Assembly: GCA_963729845.1 (NCBI GenBank)
Contig: CAVSQC010000013.1
Location: 23,261 to 87,260, forward strand
DNA: 64,000 nucleotides
Source: an uncultured Alphaproteobacteria bacterium
GTDB lineage: Bacteria; Pseudomonadota; Alphaproteobacteria; ATCC43930; CGMCC-115725
Direction of reading: 5' to 3'
Numbering within the stretch: position 1 is the stretch's first letter; each line of letters starts with the position of its first letter. The translations under genes and the position numbers were made by a program. This document shows positions 10,672 to 20,730 of the stretch, piece after piece. The notes beneath the pieces were generated by a model. That model searched no databases and was not told the origin of the DNA. It saw nothing but the letters and a program-made list of their open reading frames with translations.

Positions 10672-12777
10672 CTAATCCGCCACCACGAGCGCGTCGAGGG
10701 CGAGGACGCCCTTGCCTTCGGGGAAAACCAGCAGCGGGTTGATGTCGATCTCTCGCAGCGTCGGGGTTGCGCGCAGCAACGCGCCGACGCGCGCCGCGGC
10801 GCGCGCGAGGCCCGCGACATCGGCGGGGTCGGCGCCACGCGCGCCCGACAGTATTCTGGCGCCGCGCAGCTTGCCGATTTCGGCGGCGATTCCGTCTTCG
10901 TCGAGATCGGCCGGCATCAGCCGTACATCGTTCAGAATCTCGATCCATACCCCGCCCAGCCCGACCATCAGCACCGGGCCCCAGTGCGGATCGCGCCGCG
11001 CGCCCACCGCCATCTCGATGCCGCGTCCCGCCATGCGCTCGACCAGCACGCCGTCGAGCGTCAGACCAGGCTGCGCCATCGCGAGGTTTGCGTGGAGCCG
11101 CTTCCACCCCGTCGCCAGCGCCGCGTCGTCGCCGATATGCAGGATAAGGCCGCCGGCGTCGCTCTTATGGGTGAGGCGGGCGGCTTGCGCCTTCAGCGCC
11201 ACCGGATAACCGATGCGCGCCGCGACGCGTTGCGCCTCGGCGAGATTGGCGGCCAGCGCACCCGCCGGTGTCGTGAAGCCAGCGGCGCTGAGCCACGCCT
11301 TGCCCTGATATTCGGCGAGCGTGCCGCGCGCCGGCAGCGGCGGCGCGCTCGGCGTCTCGCGCACGCGCCGCTCGGCACCCGCCAGCGCGTCGCCATAGCG
11401 GTAGAAGCGCGCCATCGCCCGCACCGCCGCCTCGGGTGAGCGCTGGAATGGGATGTTGGCGGCACGGAGCATCGGCTCCAGTTCCGGCGGCAGGGTCGAG
11501 CCGGCGGCGAAGATGGCGTAGATCGTGGGTTTGCCGCTCGCCACGATCGGCGGAATCGTGTGGCGCGCATTCTCCACCGGAATCGGGCCGGAACCGCCAA
11601 CCATCGCCACCACCAGGCTGCCGATCGCGGGATCGTCGATCAGCGGCTTGACGCCGTTGCCGAGGAGATCGCGCTGGAACGCGGTCTGCGCCGTGACGTC
11701 GAGCGGATTGGACGGATGCGCGAACGCCGGCAGCACGTTGCGCAGCGCCGCCAGTGTCGCTGGCGACAGCGCCGGCACGGCAACGCCCAGCTCATCGCAC
11801 AAATCGAAGGCCATGCCGCGGAATGCGCCCGAATTGGTGACGATGCCGAGACCGCCTCGCGGCGGCGTCCTGAAATGACACAGCAGCGTCGTGACATCGA
11901 CCCATTCGTCGAAGGAATCGCACAGCAGCACCGCCTCGTGTTGAACCAGCGCGCGCATGATCGCGTGATCGCCCGCGAGCGCTCCGGTATGGCTCGCCGC
12001 CGCGTCGCACGCCTTGGCGCTGGCGCCGGGATGCATCAGCACGATCGGCTTCTTCGCCGCCCGCGCGCGCCGTGCCAGCTCGAGCAGACGCGGCGGCTTG
12101 CGGAATTGCTCCGCGACAATAGCGATGACCTTGCTGTCCTCATGCTCGATTGCGTCGGCGATAATTTCCTCAAGCCCGAGCGCCGCCTCGTTGCCGGTCG
12201 AGACAATGTAGGTCGAGGCGAAACCGCGCAGCCGCAACGCGGCGCCAAGCGCCACGCCCATGCCGCCGCTTTGCGAGGCGATGGCAACCATCGGCTTTGC
12301 CTCCGCCAACCCGCCGGTGAGGCGCGGCGCCAAGCCGAGGCCGATCGAAATGCCGTCGCGCGGATTCTGAATGCCGAGGCAATTCGGCCCCAACATGGCG
12401 ATGTCGTGCGCGAGCGCGATGCGCGACAGTTCGTCCTGTTCAGCGCGGCCGGCATCGCCCATTTCGGCGAAGCCCGACGCGAATACGATGGCCGCGCCGA
12501 CCTTGCGCCGCGCGCACGCCGCCAGCGCCTCGACGGTGCCGGAACGCGGCAGGCACAGAACCGCGAGGTCGATGTTCTCCGGCATTTCGTCGACCGTGCC
12601 ATAACAGGCGCGGCCCAGTACTTCGCCGCGGCCGCGGCTGACGAGATGAATGGTGCCGGTATAGTCGTAGTTGGCCAGCGAGCCGACAATATTGCCGCCG
12701 GTGGTGCCGGGCTTGTCGGAGACGCCGACGATCGCGATCGAGCGCGGCCGCAACAGCCGGTTGATGTCGATGGCCAT
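10672..12777 (-). CDS. Acetate--CoA ligase family protein (ADP-forming acyl-CoA synthetase, CoA-binding + ATP-grasp)
   Basis: Uninterrupted 701 aa. N-terminal PRSIAIVGVSDKPG CoA-binding fold and a C-terminal ATP-grasp region. Confidence 0.85.
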   Translation of the reverse strand: MAIDINRLLRPRSIAIVGVSDKPGTTGGNIVGSLANYDYTGTIHLVSRGRGEVLGRACYGTVDEMPENIDLAVLCLPRSGTVEALAACARRKVGAAIVFASGFAEMGDAGRAEQDELSRIALAHDIAMLGPNCLGIQNPRDGISIGLGLAPRLTGGLAEAKPMVAIASQSGGMGVALGAALRLRGFASTYIVSTGNEAALGLEEIIADAIEHEDSKVIAIVAEQFRKPPRLLELARRARAAKKPIVLMHPGASAKACDAAASHTGALAGDHAIMRALVQHEAVLLCDSFDEWVDVTTLLCHFRTPPRGGLGIVTNSGAFRGMAFDLCDELGVAVPALSPATLAALRNVLPAFAHPSNPLDVTAQTAFQRDLLGNGVKPLIDDPAIGSLVVAMVGGSGPIPVENARHTIPPIVASGKPTIYAIFAAGSTLPPELEPMLRAANIPFQRSPEAAVRAMARFYRYGDALAGAERRVRETPSAPPLPARGTLAEYQGKAWLSAAGFTTPAGALAANLAEAQRVAARIGYPVALKAQAARLTHKSDAGGLILHIGDDAALATGWKRLHANLAMAQPGLTLDGVLVERMAGRGIEMAVGARRDPHWGPVLMVGLGGVWIEILNDVRLMPADLDEDGIAAEIGKLRGARILSGARGADPADVAGLARAAARVGALLRATPTLREIDINPLLVFPEGKGVLALDALVVAD

Positions 12778-12780
12778 CCG

Positions 12781-13484
12781 TCAGCTCCGTCCGTAGACCG
12801 GGACGATGCCGCCGCTGGTGACGCGATTGTCGGGCGAGGCGAGATACAGGATGGTCGCGGCGACATCCCCCGGCTTGGCCCATTTCGAGGCATCGGCCTT
12901 CGGCATCGCGGCACGGTTCGCCGGCGTGTCGAGCGTGCCGGGCGCCACGGCGTTGACCAGGATATTCTCGCCGATCACCTCCGCCGCCAGCGCCTGCGTG
13001 AACGCCGCGACCGCCGCCTTGCTCGTGGCGTAGGCGGTCATGCCGGCGGCGTGATGCGGCTCGATCCCGGGCCGCGCCGTGACGTTGACGATGCGCCCGC
13101 CTTGCCCGATTTTGCGCATCGCGCCGACCGCCGCGCGGCTCGCCAGGAAACAGCTCACTCAAATTCATCTCGATCTGCGCCATCAACGCGTCGCGGCCGG
13201 TCTCGGCGATCGGCGCCATGGCGAACCCGCCGGCGATCTGGATGGACGCCCACAGCGCGCCGACGCCGGCATAGAGTTTCGCGACCGCCGCTTCGTCGCC
13301 CAACTGCGTTTCAACGAGGCGCACCTTGGGATGATCGCGATGGGCGAAGCGCTCCGCCTCGGCGGGGTGGATCCACGGCACGTGCAACGCTGGCGCCGCG
13401 CGCGAGCAGCGCGCCGACCACGGCGGTGCCGAGCGCGCCGGTGCCGCCCGTCACCACCACGTCGCGACTGGAAAAGTCCGTCAT
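12781..13484 (-). pseudogene. SDR-family oxidoreductase, two frame breaks
   Basis: MTDFSSRDVVVTGGTGALG start (ATG 13484). Continues in other frames from ~13385 and ~13160. YATSKAAV catalytic motif in the last segment. Confidence 0.75.
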
Positions 13485-13500
13485 TCGATCCTCCCGTTCA

Positions 13501-13590
13501 TCGTCATCGCCGGGCTTGATCCGGCGATCCAAAGTTGGCGACGGGCCCGTCGGTTGCTCTGGACCCCCGGATCAAGTCCGGGGGTGACGG
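13501..13590. repeat. REP family A (hairpins ATCGCCGG-N7-CCGGCGAT and ACCCCCGG-N7-CCGGGGGT)
   Basis: An inverted copy lies at 17586-17678. Confidence 0.8.
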
Positions 13591-13681
13591 TCTTTGGAGC
13601 ATTTATCATAGAACAATTTCAAGTCCTGACACGCCCTCGCCAAGCCTTGATCGGCGCGGCCGCGAATGCCAGCTTTTATCC

Positions 13682-14994
13682 ATGTCCGCACCTTCGGTGG
13701 GCGCCGGGCCTTCGGCCCGCGCCGTGGCACTCGATCTGTTGGCCGCCGTGCTGTGGCGGCATCAGGCGCTCGACGAGGCCTTGGCGTCGCATCAAGGCCT
13801 GGCGCGGCTCGACCCGCGCGACCGCGCCTTCGCCCGGCAACTCGTCGCTACCGTATTGCGTCGCCTCGGCCAGATCGACGCGCTGATCGCGTACGCGCTG
13901 ACGGCGCCGTTGCCGGAGCGCGCGCGGCCGGTGACGAATCTGTTGCGGCTCGGCGTGGCGCAGATCGCGTTTCTCGGCACGCCGTCGCACGCCGCCGTCT
14001 CGACCGCCGTCGATCTCGTTGAAGCGATCGGTCATCCGAAGATGAAGGGTCTCGTCAACGCCGTGCTGCGCCGCCTCGCGCGGGAAAGCGAAGGGCTGAT
14101 CGCGGCGCAGGACGCGGCGCGCCTCAACACGCCGGACTGGCTGTGGCAAGCTGGTGCGCCGCTTACGGCGAAACCGTGACCCGCGCCATCGCGGCGGCGC
14201 ATGTCAAGGAACCGCCGCTCGATCTGAGCGTGCGCGATCCGGCCGCGGCCGCGGATTGGGCTGCGCGGCTCGACGGCGTGATGCTGCCGACCGGCTCGAT
14301 CCGCTGCCGCGATGCGGGCCTGGTGACGGAGCTCCCCGGCTATGACGAGGGCGCGTGGTGGGTGCAGGACGCGGCGGCGGCGCTGCCGGCCCGCCTTCTC
14401 GGCGAGGTCGCGGGCAGGCCCGTGATCGATCTGTGCGCGGCGCCCGGCGGCAAGACGGCGCAGCTTGCGGCGATGGGCGCGCGGGTGGTCGCGGTGGATC
14501 GCTCGCCGTCGCGCATGGTGCGGCTCAAGGACAATCTCGCGCGCCTGTCGCTGGCGGCCGATTGCGTTATCGCCGACGCTGCGACCTGGCATCCGCCAGA
14601 GCCGGCGGCCCTGGTATTGCTGGACGCGCCGTGCACGGCGACCGGCACCATCCGCCGCCATCCCGATATTCCCCATCTCAAGAGCGGCGACGATGTCGCC
14701 CGTCTGACCCAATTGCAGGCGCGGCTGCTCGACGCCGCCATGGCGATGCTGGCGCCGGGGGGCACACTGATCTACGGCGTGTGCTCGCTCGAAGTGGAGG
14801 AGGGGCCGCGCCAGATGGCCCAGCTCTTGGCTCGCGGCACGCCGCTGCGCCGGCAACCGATCGGCGCGGACGAGATCGGCGGGCTTGAGCAATGCGTCAC
14901 CGCGGACGGCGACCTCCGCACCCTGCCATGCCACCTCGCGGATGAAGGCGGCCTCGACGGGTTCTATGCCGCGCGACTGGTGCGGCCCGCATGA
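13682..14994 (+). pseudogene. rsmB: 16S rRNA (cytosine-C5) methyltransferase RsmB/Sun family, frame break near 14150
   Basis: NusB-like N-terminal part in the frame of 13682. SAM-MTase part (DLCAAPGGKT, DAPCTATG, IYGVCS) in ORF 14143-14994. Confidence 0.8.
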
Positions 14995-14995
14995 T

Positions 14996-15615
14996 CTAAT
15001 CGAGTTTGCGCGCGACCAGATCGACCAGCGCCGACATGCCGACATGGCGCTTGCCTTCGCTCATCGTTTCCTCGTGTTCGCGCAAATGCAGGATGGCGTA
15101 GCCAGCGAACATCGCGCGCAGCATGTCGGCAGTGTAGAGATGATCGAGTTGGGGCGGGCCGCCGGTGCGATAGTCGAGCTGCTTCGGCGTATAGGCTTGC
15201 AGCACGATCAGCCCGCCCGGCTTAAGCGCCGTCTTGAGCCGCTCGAAGAACAAGCGCACGCTCCGCCGGCCCGAACTGAATGAAGATCACGACGATCAGC
15301 ATCGAAGCGCTCCCGTCCCCAGTCCCAGGTCAGCAAATCCGCGCACTCGGTCCTGACCGCGACGCCTTCGCGCGCCGCCAGCTTGCGCGATTTGGCGAGC
15401 GCTACCGGCGAAAAGTCGACGGCGAGGACATCGAGCCCCTGTTTCGCCAGCCACACGCCGTTCCGGCCTTCGCCGTCGGCCACCGCCAGCGCCGTCATGC
15501 CGGGACGAAGCAGCGCGGCTTGCGCGGCGAGGAAGGCGTTCGGCGCCTCGCCGAAAATATAGTCGTCGGTAGCATAGCGTTCGTTCCATTGGGTCAATCG
15601 CGGATCGTCGGACAT
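14996..15615 (-). pseudogene. Class I SAM-dependent methyltransferase, two frame breaks (~15290, ~15255)
   Basis: MSDDPRLTQWNERY...ALAVADGEGRNG then LIVVIFIQFGPAER then RLFFERLKTALKPGGLIVL, read in three different frames. Confidence 0.7.
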
Positions 15616-15710
15616 TTTGCTCCCTCGGCTCGCTCCCACGACAGTTGAGTAAGCGATCTCGATGACGGCGGCAACCTGTCGGCTGTTGCCGGCGATGATA
15701 TGCTCCACCG

Positions 15711-16382
15711 ATGGAGCGTTGGATCGAGCTGGCCCGCGCGACGACGGCCGAGGGCGACGAATTCGATTTTGCGCGGGCGCGACACCGAATTCGAGATCCG
15801 CTTCAACGGCTGGGAGCTGATGTCGAGCCGGACCTCGGTCTCCGAGGCGGCGCTGGCCCGCTTGGTCTTTGCCGAATGCACCGGAAGCCGGCGCGGCTTC
15901 TCGTCGGCGGCTTGGGCATGGGATACACGCTTCGCGCCGCGCTCGACGCCGTCGCTTCCAGCACGATGATCGTTGTCGCCGAGTTGGTGCCCGCGGTGAT
16001 CGATTGGGTTCGCGGCCCGCTCGCTGGTCTCGCTGCGCCGGCCGCTCGACGATCACGCGTGTCGAAATTCATATCGGCGTCGTCGCCGACATGCTGACCG
16101 GCAACCCCGGCAGCTTCGATGCCATCCTTCTCGACACCGACAACGGTCCCGAAGCGGTGATGCGGGAAGCCAACCGCTTCCTCTATACGCGCGAGGGGAT
16201 GCACGTTAGTGATGCGGGCGCTCGAGACAAGGCGGCGTCGCCGGTTATTGGTCCGCCGATCGTTCGCCGGCGTTCGAGGCGATCCTCGCCGAGGCCGGTG
16301 CCGTATGGCGGCGCGTCGATGTCGATGCGCGCGGCGGCGGCGCGGCCCCGAGCATTCGTTCTATCTGGTCCGAAAACGCTAG
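15711..16382 (+). pseudogene. Spermidine-synthase-like (polyamine aminopropyltransferase fold) protein, heavily disrupted
   Basis: Readable pieces MERWIELARATTAEGDEFDF / RDTEFEIRFNGWELMSS / LLVGGLGMGYTLRAAL / FDAILLDTDNGPEA lie in different frames. At least four breaks. Confidence 0.55.
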
Positions 16383-16383
16383 G

Positions 16384-16569
16384 CCTGACATTCGCCCCTC
16401 GACGGATCTCGGCGCGCATTTGGAGACGCTGGAAAACGCCGGCTATGTTACAATTGAAAAGTTGTTCGTCGGCAAGCGGCCGCAGACGCGAATCAAGGCG
16501 ACCCGGGCCGGTTGCCGCGCCTTCGCCGAACATGTCGCGTATCTGCGCGAAATCCTGGATCAAGGCTGA
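16384..16569 (+). pseudogene. Winged-helix transcriptional regulator (HTH_34-like); only the C-terminal half is readable
   Basis: DLGAHLETLENAGYVTIEKLFVGKRPQTRIKATRAGCRAFAEHVAYLREILDQG. The N-terminal half is not recoverable in the same frame. Confidence 0.4.
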
Positions 16570-16579
16570 GGAGGCTTCT

Positions 16580-17571
16580 ATGCGCAAGATTGCTTGGGCA
16601 TTGGCCGCAATTGTCGTCGTGGTCCTGGCGGCGGCGGCCGGCGTGCTCGCGTTCGACGCGCCGGCGAAACCGCCGACGCTGGCCTCGATCCAAGATCCAT
16701 TCGCTACGGTCGATTTCCGCGACCTGCCGCCGGTGCAAACCTACGCCGCGCGCGATGGCGTCAGCTCGGTTATCGCGCTTACGAGGGCGCCGGCGACCAG
16801 ATCGTGGTGATGATCCATGGCTCGTCCGACGACGGCAGCGGCATGCACGCGTTGGCCAAAGCGTTTCGCGATGCCGGCGCATCGGTGTATGTTCCGGTGT
16901 TGCGCGGCCATTACGGCTCGCCGCGCCAGGGCGACATCGACTATATCGGCCAGCTCGACGACGATCTCGTCGACATGGTGTCGATGCTGCGCGCGTCGCA
17001 TCCGAAGGCGAGCCTGTCGTTGATCGGTTTTTCCTCCGGCGGGGGCTTCGTGCTGCGCGTGATCGGCGGCGCTGATGAAAAACTGTTCGACCGCTTCATC
17101 CTGATTTCGCCCGCGTTGCCGCCGGGCGCGCCGACGCACCGGCCGAACTATGGCGACTGGGCCTCGGTGGCGGTGCCGCGCATCATCGCGCTGTCGCTCT
17201 TCAACCGCATCGGCATCGATTGGTTCAACGGCTTGCCGATCGTCGCCTTCGCAACCTCGCCCAAGGTCAAGTCGTTGACAAGCTGGTATTCGTTCCGCCT
17301 CGCGGTCAATTTCGCCGCGCCGATGCGCGACTACCAGGCGGCACTGCCGCATAGCAGCAAGCCCGTGGCGCTTTTGGTCGGCGGTTCGGATGAACTGTTC
17401 TATCCTGAAAGATTTGCGCCCACACTCCAGCCCGGCCGGCCCGATCTCAAGGTCACGATCGTGCCTGGCCTCGGACATATCGGGATGACGGTGACGCCCG
17501 AAGGTATCGCCGCGGTGGTGAAAGCGTGGCGGGAGATGACCGTGCCGAGTCACTCACCCGCGTCGAGTTAG
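16580..17571 (+). pseudogene. Alpha/beta hydrolase with N-terminal membrane anchor, frame break near 16765
   Basis: GAGGAGG then ATG 16580 (MRKIAWALAAIVVVVLAAAAG). Continues in ORF 16594-17571 (VVMIHGSSDDG, IGFSSGG nucleophile elbow). Confidence 0.75.
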
Positions 17572-17585
17572 AAACTCCCTTTTCG

Positions 17586-17678
17586 GTCACCCCCGGGCTT
17601 GACCCGGGGGTCTCAAGCAGGCGGTGGGAAAACCCCGTCGCTTGCTCTGGATCGCCGGGTCAAGCCCGGCGATGACGA
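17586..17678. repeat. REP family A, inverted copy
   Basis: Reverse-complement architecture of 13501-13590. Confidence 0.8.
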
Positions 17679-17714
17679 TGTAGGGTCTTTGAGTTGGCGC
17701 CAAAGCCGATCGGA

Positions 17715-19154
17715 TCAAAACAAGTCGAAATACTCGCGCTGTTCCCACTCGCTGACATCGAGCTGGAAACGCGTGAGCTCGGCTTCCTTGATCTGGCGGA
17801 AGCAATCGACGAACGCGGCCCCGAATCCCTCACGCAGCACCGCGTCGCCACGCAACGCCGCCAGCGCCTCGCCGAGATGTTTCGGCAGCATCGGCGCTTC
17901 GGTCTCGTAGGGCGTGTCGGCGGGCGGCGGCGGCGCGAGCTTGCGCGCGATGCCGTCGAGGCCGCACGCGATCTGCGAGCCGAGATAGAGATAGGGGTTT
18001 GCCGCGGGTTCGCCGGCGCGGTTCTCGATATGCGTCGCCGGGTCGCCGGGTGAGCCGACGACGCGCAGCATGGTGCCGCGATTGTCCTTGCCCCAGATCG
18101 CGCGGTCCGGCGCCAGCGAATAGGGCCGATAGCGCTTGTAGCCGTTGACGGTCGGCGTCGTGAACGCGGCGGCCGCCGCGGCGTGATCCAACAGGCCGGC
18201 GAGATAATGCTGTCCTACCGGGCTCAGCAATTCCGTCTTACCCACAAAGGCGTTCTTACCGCTCTTCTTGTCGCGCAGCGATTGGTGGAGATGCCAGCCG
18301 CTCGACATCACGTTGGGCAGGCGTGGCCGGCACATGAAGCTGGCGAGATAGCCGTGGCGGCGGCAAATCTGCTTCGTCGCGCTGCGGAACAGGGTCATGT
18401 TGTCGGCGGGCGCCATGCCGGTCGCGGCGGGAAAGGTGAGCTCGACCTGGCTCGGCCCGAATTCGACCTCGAGCGAGCGGAGCGGCAGGTCGAGCGCGGC
18501 GAGATCGCGGCGCAGAATCTCGAACACCGGATCGAGCTGGTCGTAGCGCGCCTCGGTCAAATACTGATAGCCCTGCGTCAGCAACGAGACGGCGGGCGGA
18601 TTGCCGGGCTGGCCCGGCTGTCCTGTGTCGCTCGGGCGCAGGCTCGGATCGTCGAGCTTGAAAATGTGGAGCTCGACTTCGAGCCCGGCGAGGAACTCGT
18701 AGCCCGCGTCGCCCAGCCGCTCGACCAGGCCGCGATAGAGTTGCCGCGTCGCCAGCGGCATCGGCCGCCCGTCCGGGAAATAAAGATCGCACAGCATCCA
18801 TCCGGTGTGCGGCGCCCACGGCAGCACGCGGAACGTCGCCGGATCGGGCACCATCACCAGGTCGGCGCCGCCCTCCATCTCCGCCATGCCGAAGCCGCCG
18901 CCGGCGCTGAACACCGGATAAACGGTGCGGTGCGACGTGTCCTTCATCAGCAGCGTAGTGGAAAAACTCCAGCCATTCTCGATGGCGCCCGGCATTTCGG
19001 CGGCGGCGATGGTCTTGCCGCGCAGCACGCCATGTTGATCCGCGATGGAAAGCCGCACCACCTCGACCTTGTCGACGGCGATGCGCTTCAACACCTCGTC
19101 GGCGAGCTTCGCCTGATCTTTGTTGCGAAGATTGTGCCTGGCAACGAAGCTCAT
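17715..19154 (-). CDS. Glutamine synthetase family protein (gamma-glutamyl-amine ligase-like)
   Basis: Uninterrupted 479 aa from MSFVARHN. GS beta-grasp and catalytic-domain signatures (EVEFGPSQVE, NGYKRY, NRGTMLRV). Confidence 0.85.
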   Translation of the reverse strand: MSFVARHNLRNKDQAKLADEVLKRIAVDKVEVVRLSIADQHGVLRGKTIAAAEMPGAIENGWSFSTTLLMKDTSHRTVYPVFSAGGGFGMAEMEGGADLVMVPDPATFRVLPWAPHTGWMLCDLYFPDGRPMPLATRQLYRGLVERLGDAGYEFLAGLEVELHIFKLDDPSLRPSDTGQPGQPGNPPAVSLLTQGYQYLTEARYDQLDPVFEILRRDLAALDLPLRSLEVEFGPSQVELTFPAATGMAPADNMTLFRSATKQICRRHGYLASFMCRPRLPNVMSSGWHLHQSLRDKKSGKNAFVGKTELLSPVGQHYLAGLLDHAAAAAAFTTPTVNGYKRYRPYSLAPDRAIWGKDNRGTMLRVVGSPGDPATHIENRAGEPAANPYLYLGSQIACGLDGIARKLAPPPPADTPYETEAPMLPKHLGEALAALRGDAVLREGFGAAFVDCFRQIKEAELTRFQLDVSEWEQREYFDLF

Positions 19155-19304
19155 TTGCAAAGCTCCGTGCGTCCCCCGACTGCTCGCTCGGCTTGCGCCT
19201 GGCATCGCGCTCGGGATGAGGTAAAGCCTTTCCTCATCCTGAGCACGAAGCCCGGACGAAGTTCGGGCGAGTAGTCGAAGGACGACCATTCCTATGCATC
19301 GCTG

Positions 19305-20604
19305 TCACGGCGTTTGCCACGGCGCGGCGCGGCGGCGCTTCAGATCGGCGGCGCGCCAATAGTCGGCCCATTCGTTCGCCGGCGCGACGCCGTCCACGGT
19401 GACCGGCAACGCCGCGCCGTCAGGCCGCGCGTAGATCGGCGTCTCGCCGACTTCCGCCTTGGCGATGGCGTCGAGCAGCACGCGGCGATAGGCCGAGATC
19501 GCCTTGTCGGTCTGGCCCAGATGCTCGCGCGTGCGGTCATGGATGCGGCCCTCGACTCTCCACCGCCCAATTGTCGTGGACGTTGATGTCCATGCCCATG
19601 CCGGTGAAAGTCTGGTTCTTCTGCTCGGCGGCGCTGTAGCCCCAATTGTTGGCGCGGTTGAGCCGCGGCTTGTAGTCCGGCAACTCGTAGAGTTCGAGCC
19701 GCTGGCGCCGCATCTCCGCCTTGTCGATCGGGTCGCGGAAGCTGGTGAAGACCGCATACCAATAGCAGCTCTCGTCATCGACCGGCACGTGCCATTGAGT
19801 GATGGTCATGGTCTCGCTGAGCGGGATCAGCACCGCGTGCGGAAAGATCAGATTGGTGACGCGGACATGCATGCGCGCCGCGTCGAGCGTGCGCAGCGCA
19901 ATGAGGCGCAGCCCGTATTCCGTGTTCTCGACATCGATGCGCGGCTTATCGTTTTCGCGCAGCACGCGGCTCATCGGCATGTCGCCGTCGATGGAGTTGG
20001 CGCGGAACTGCTTGCCGTAGCCGGTGCGCTGGTCTTCATCCTCAAAAAAGCGATGCAGGAACGAGGCGTGCGCCGGGTCGATGCCGACCTCGAGCGCCTG
20101 TAGCCAGTTGCAATCGATATGGCCCTTGAAGGCGAAACTGTATTCGTCGGGTGCGGCGAAACAATCGAGCCGGGGCAGGGCGGGCGCGTCGCCGGGTCCA
20201 AGATAGGCCCAGATCACGCCGTTCTGCTCGCGCACCGGGTACGAGGCTTGGCGCACCCGTTCGCACAAGCGGCTGCCGTCGGGTTCGGCCGGGGTTTCGA
20301 GACAGCGCCCGTCCGCGCCGAACAGCCAGCCATGGAAGGCGCAGCGCAGCCCGCCATCCTCGAGCCGGCCGAACGCCAGATCGGCGCCGCGATGCGGGCA
20401 GTCGCGGTCGAGCAGGCCGAGCCGTCCGGTCTCGTCGCGGAACAGCACCAGATGCTGGCCGAGCACACGCACCGCGTGCAGCGGCCGTTCCGGGGCCAAT
20501 TCCTCGCTGAGCGCAATCGGCTGCCAATAGCGCCGCTGCAACGTGCCGCAAGGCGTGCCCGAGCCGACCCGCACCACCCGCTCGTTCTGCTCGGCGCTCA
20601 TCAT
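19305..20604 (-). pseudogene. Rieske non-heme iron oxygenase alpha subunit, frame break near 19560
   Basis: CPHRGADL...CAFHGW Rieske motif. The C-terminal part (GRIHDRTREHLGQTDKAI) is in ORF 19305-19778. Confidence 0.8.
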
Positions 20605-20730
20605 GGCCGCTGCTCCCCGCGCGATATTGCCCGGAGAATGCCCAATACAAATTCCATTTGCCAGCCGCCCGCCGCCGCGCAACCATCATGAAAAAATCGG
20701 GAACAGCCGCTCAACGATGGCGGCGCAGCG

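Noticed and set aside
11560-13587. 675-aa plus-strand ORF, plus the similar cases 20686-22383 (minus), 47582-49486 (minus) and 43344-45014 (minus)
   Set aside because: All are antisense or alternative-frame shadows of strongly supported genes (acs, EF-G, acs paralog, GT39) with Arg-rich composition.
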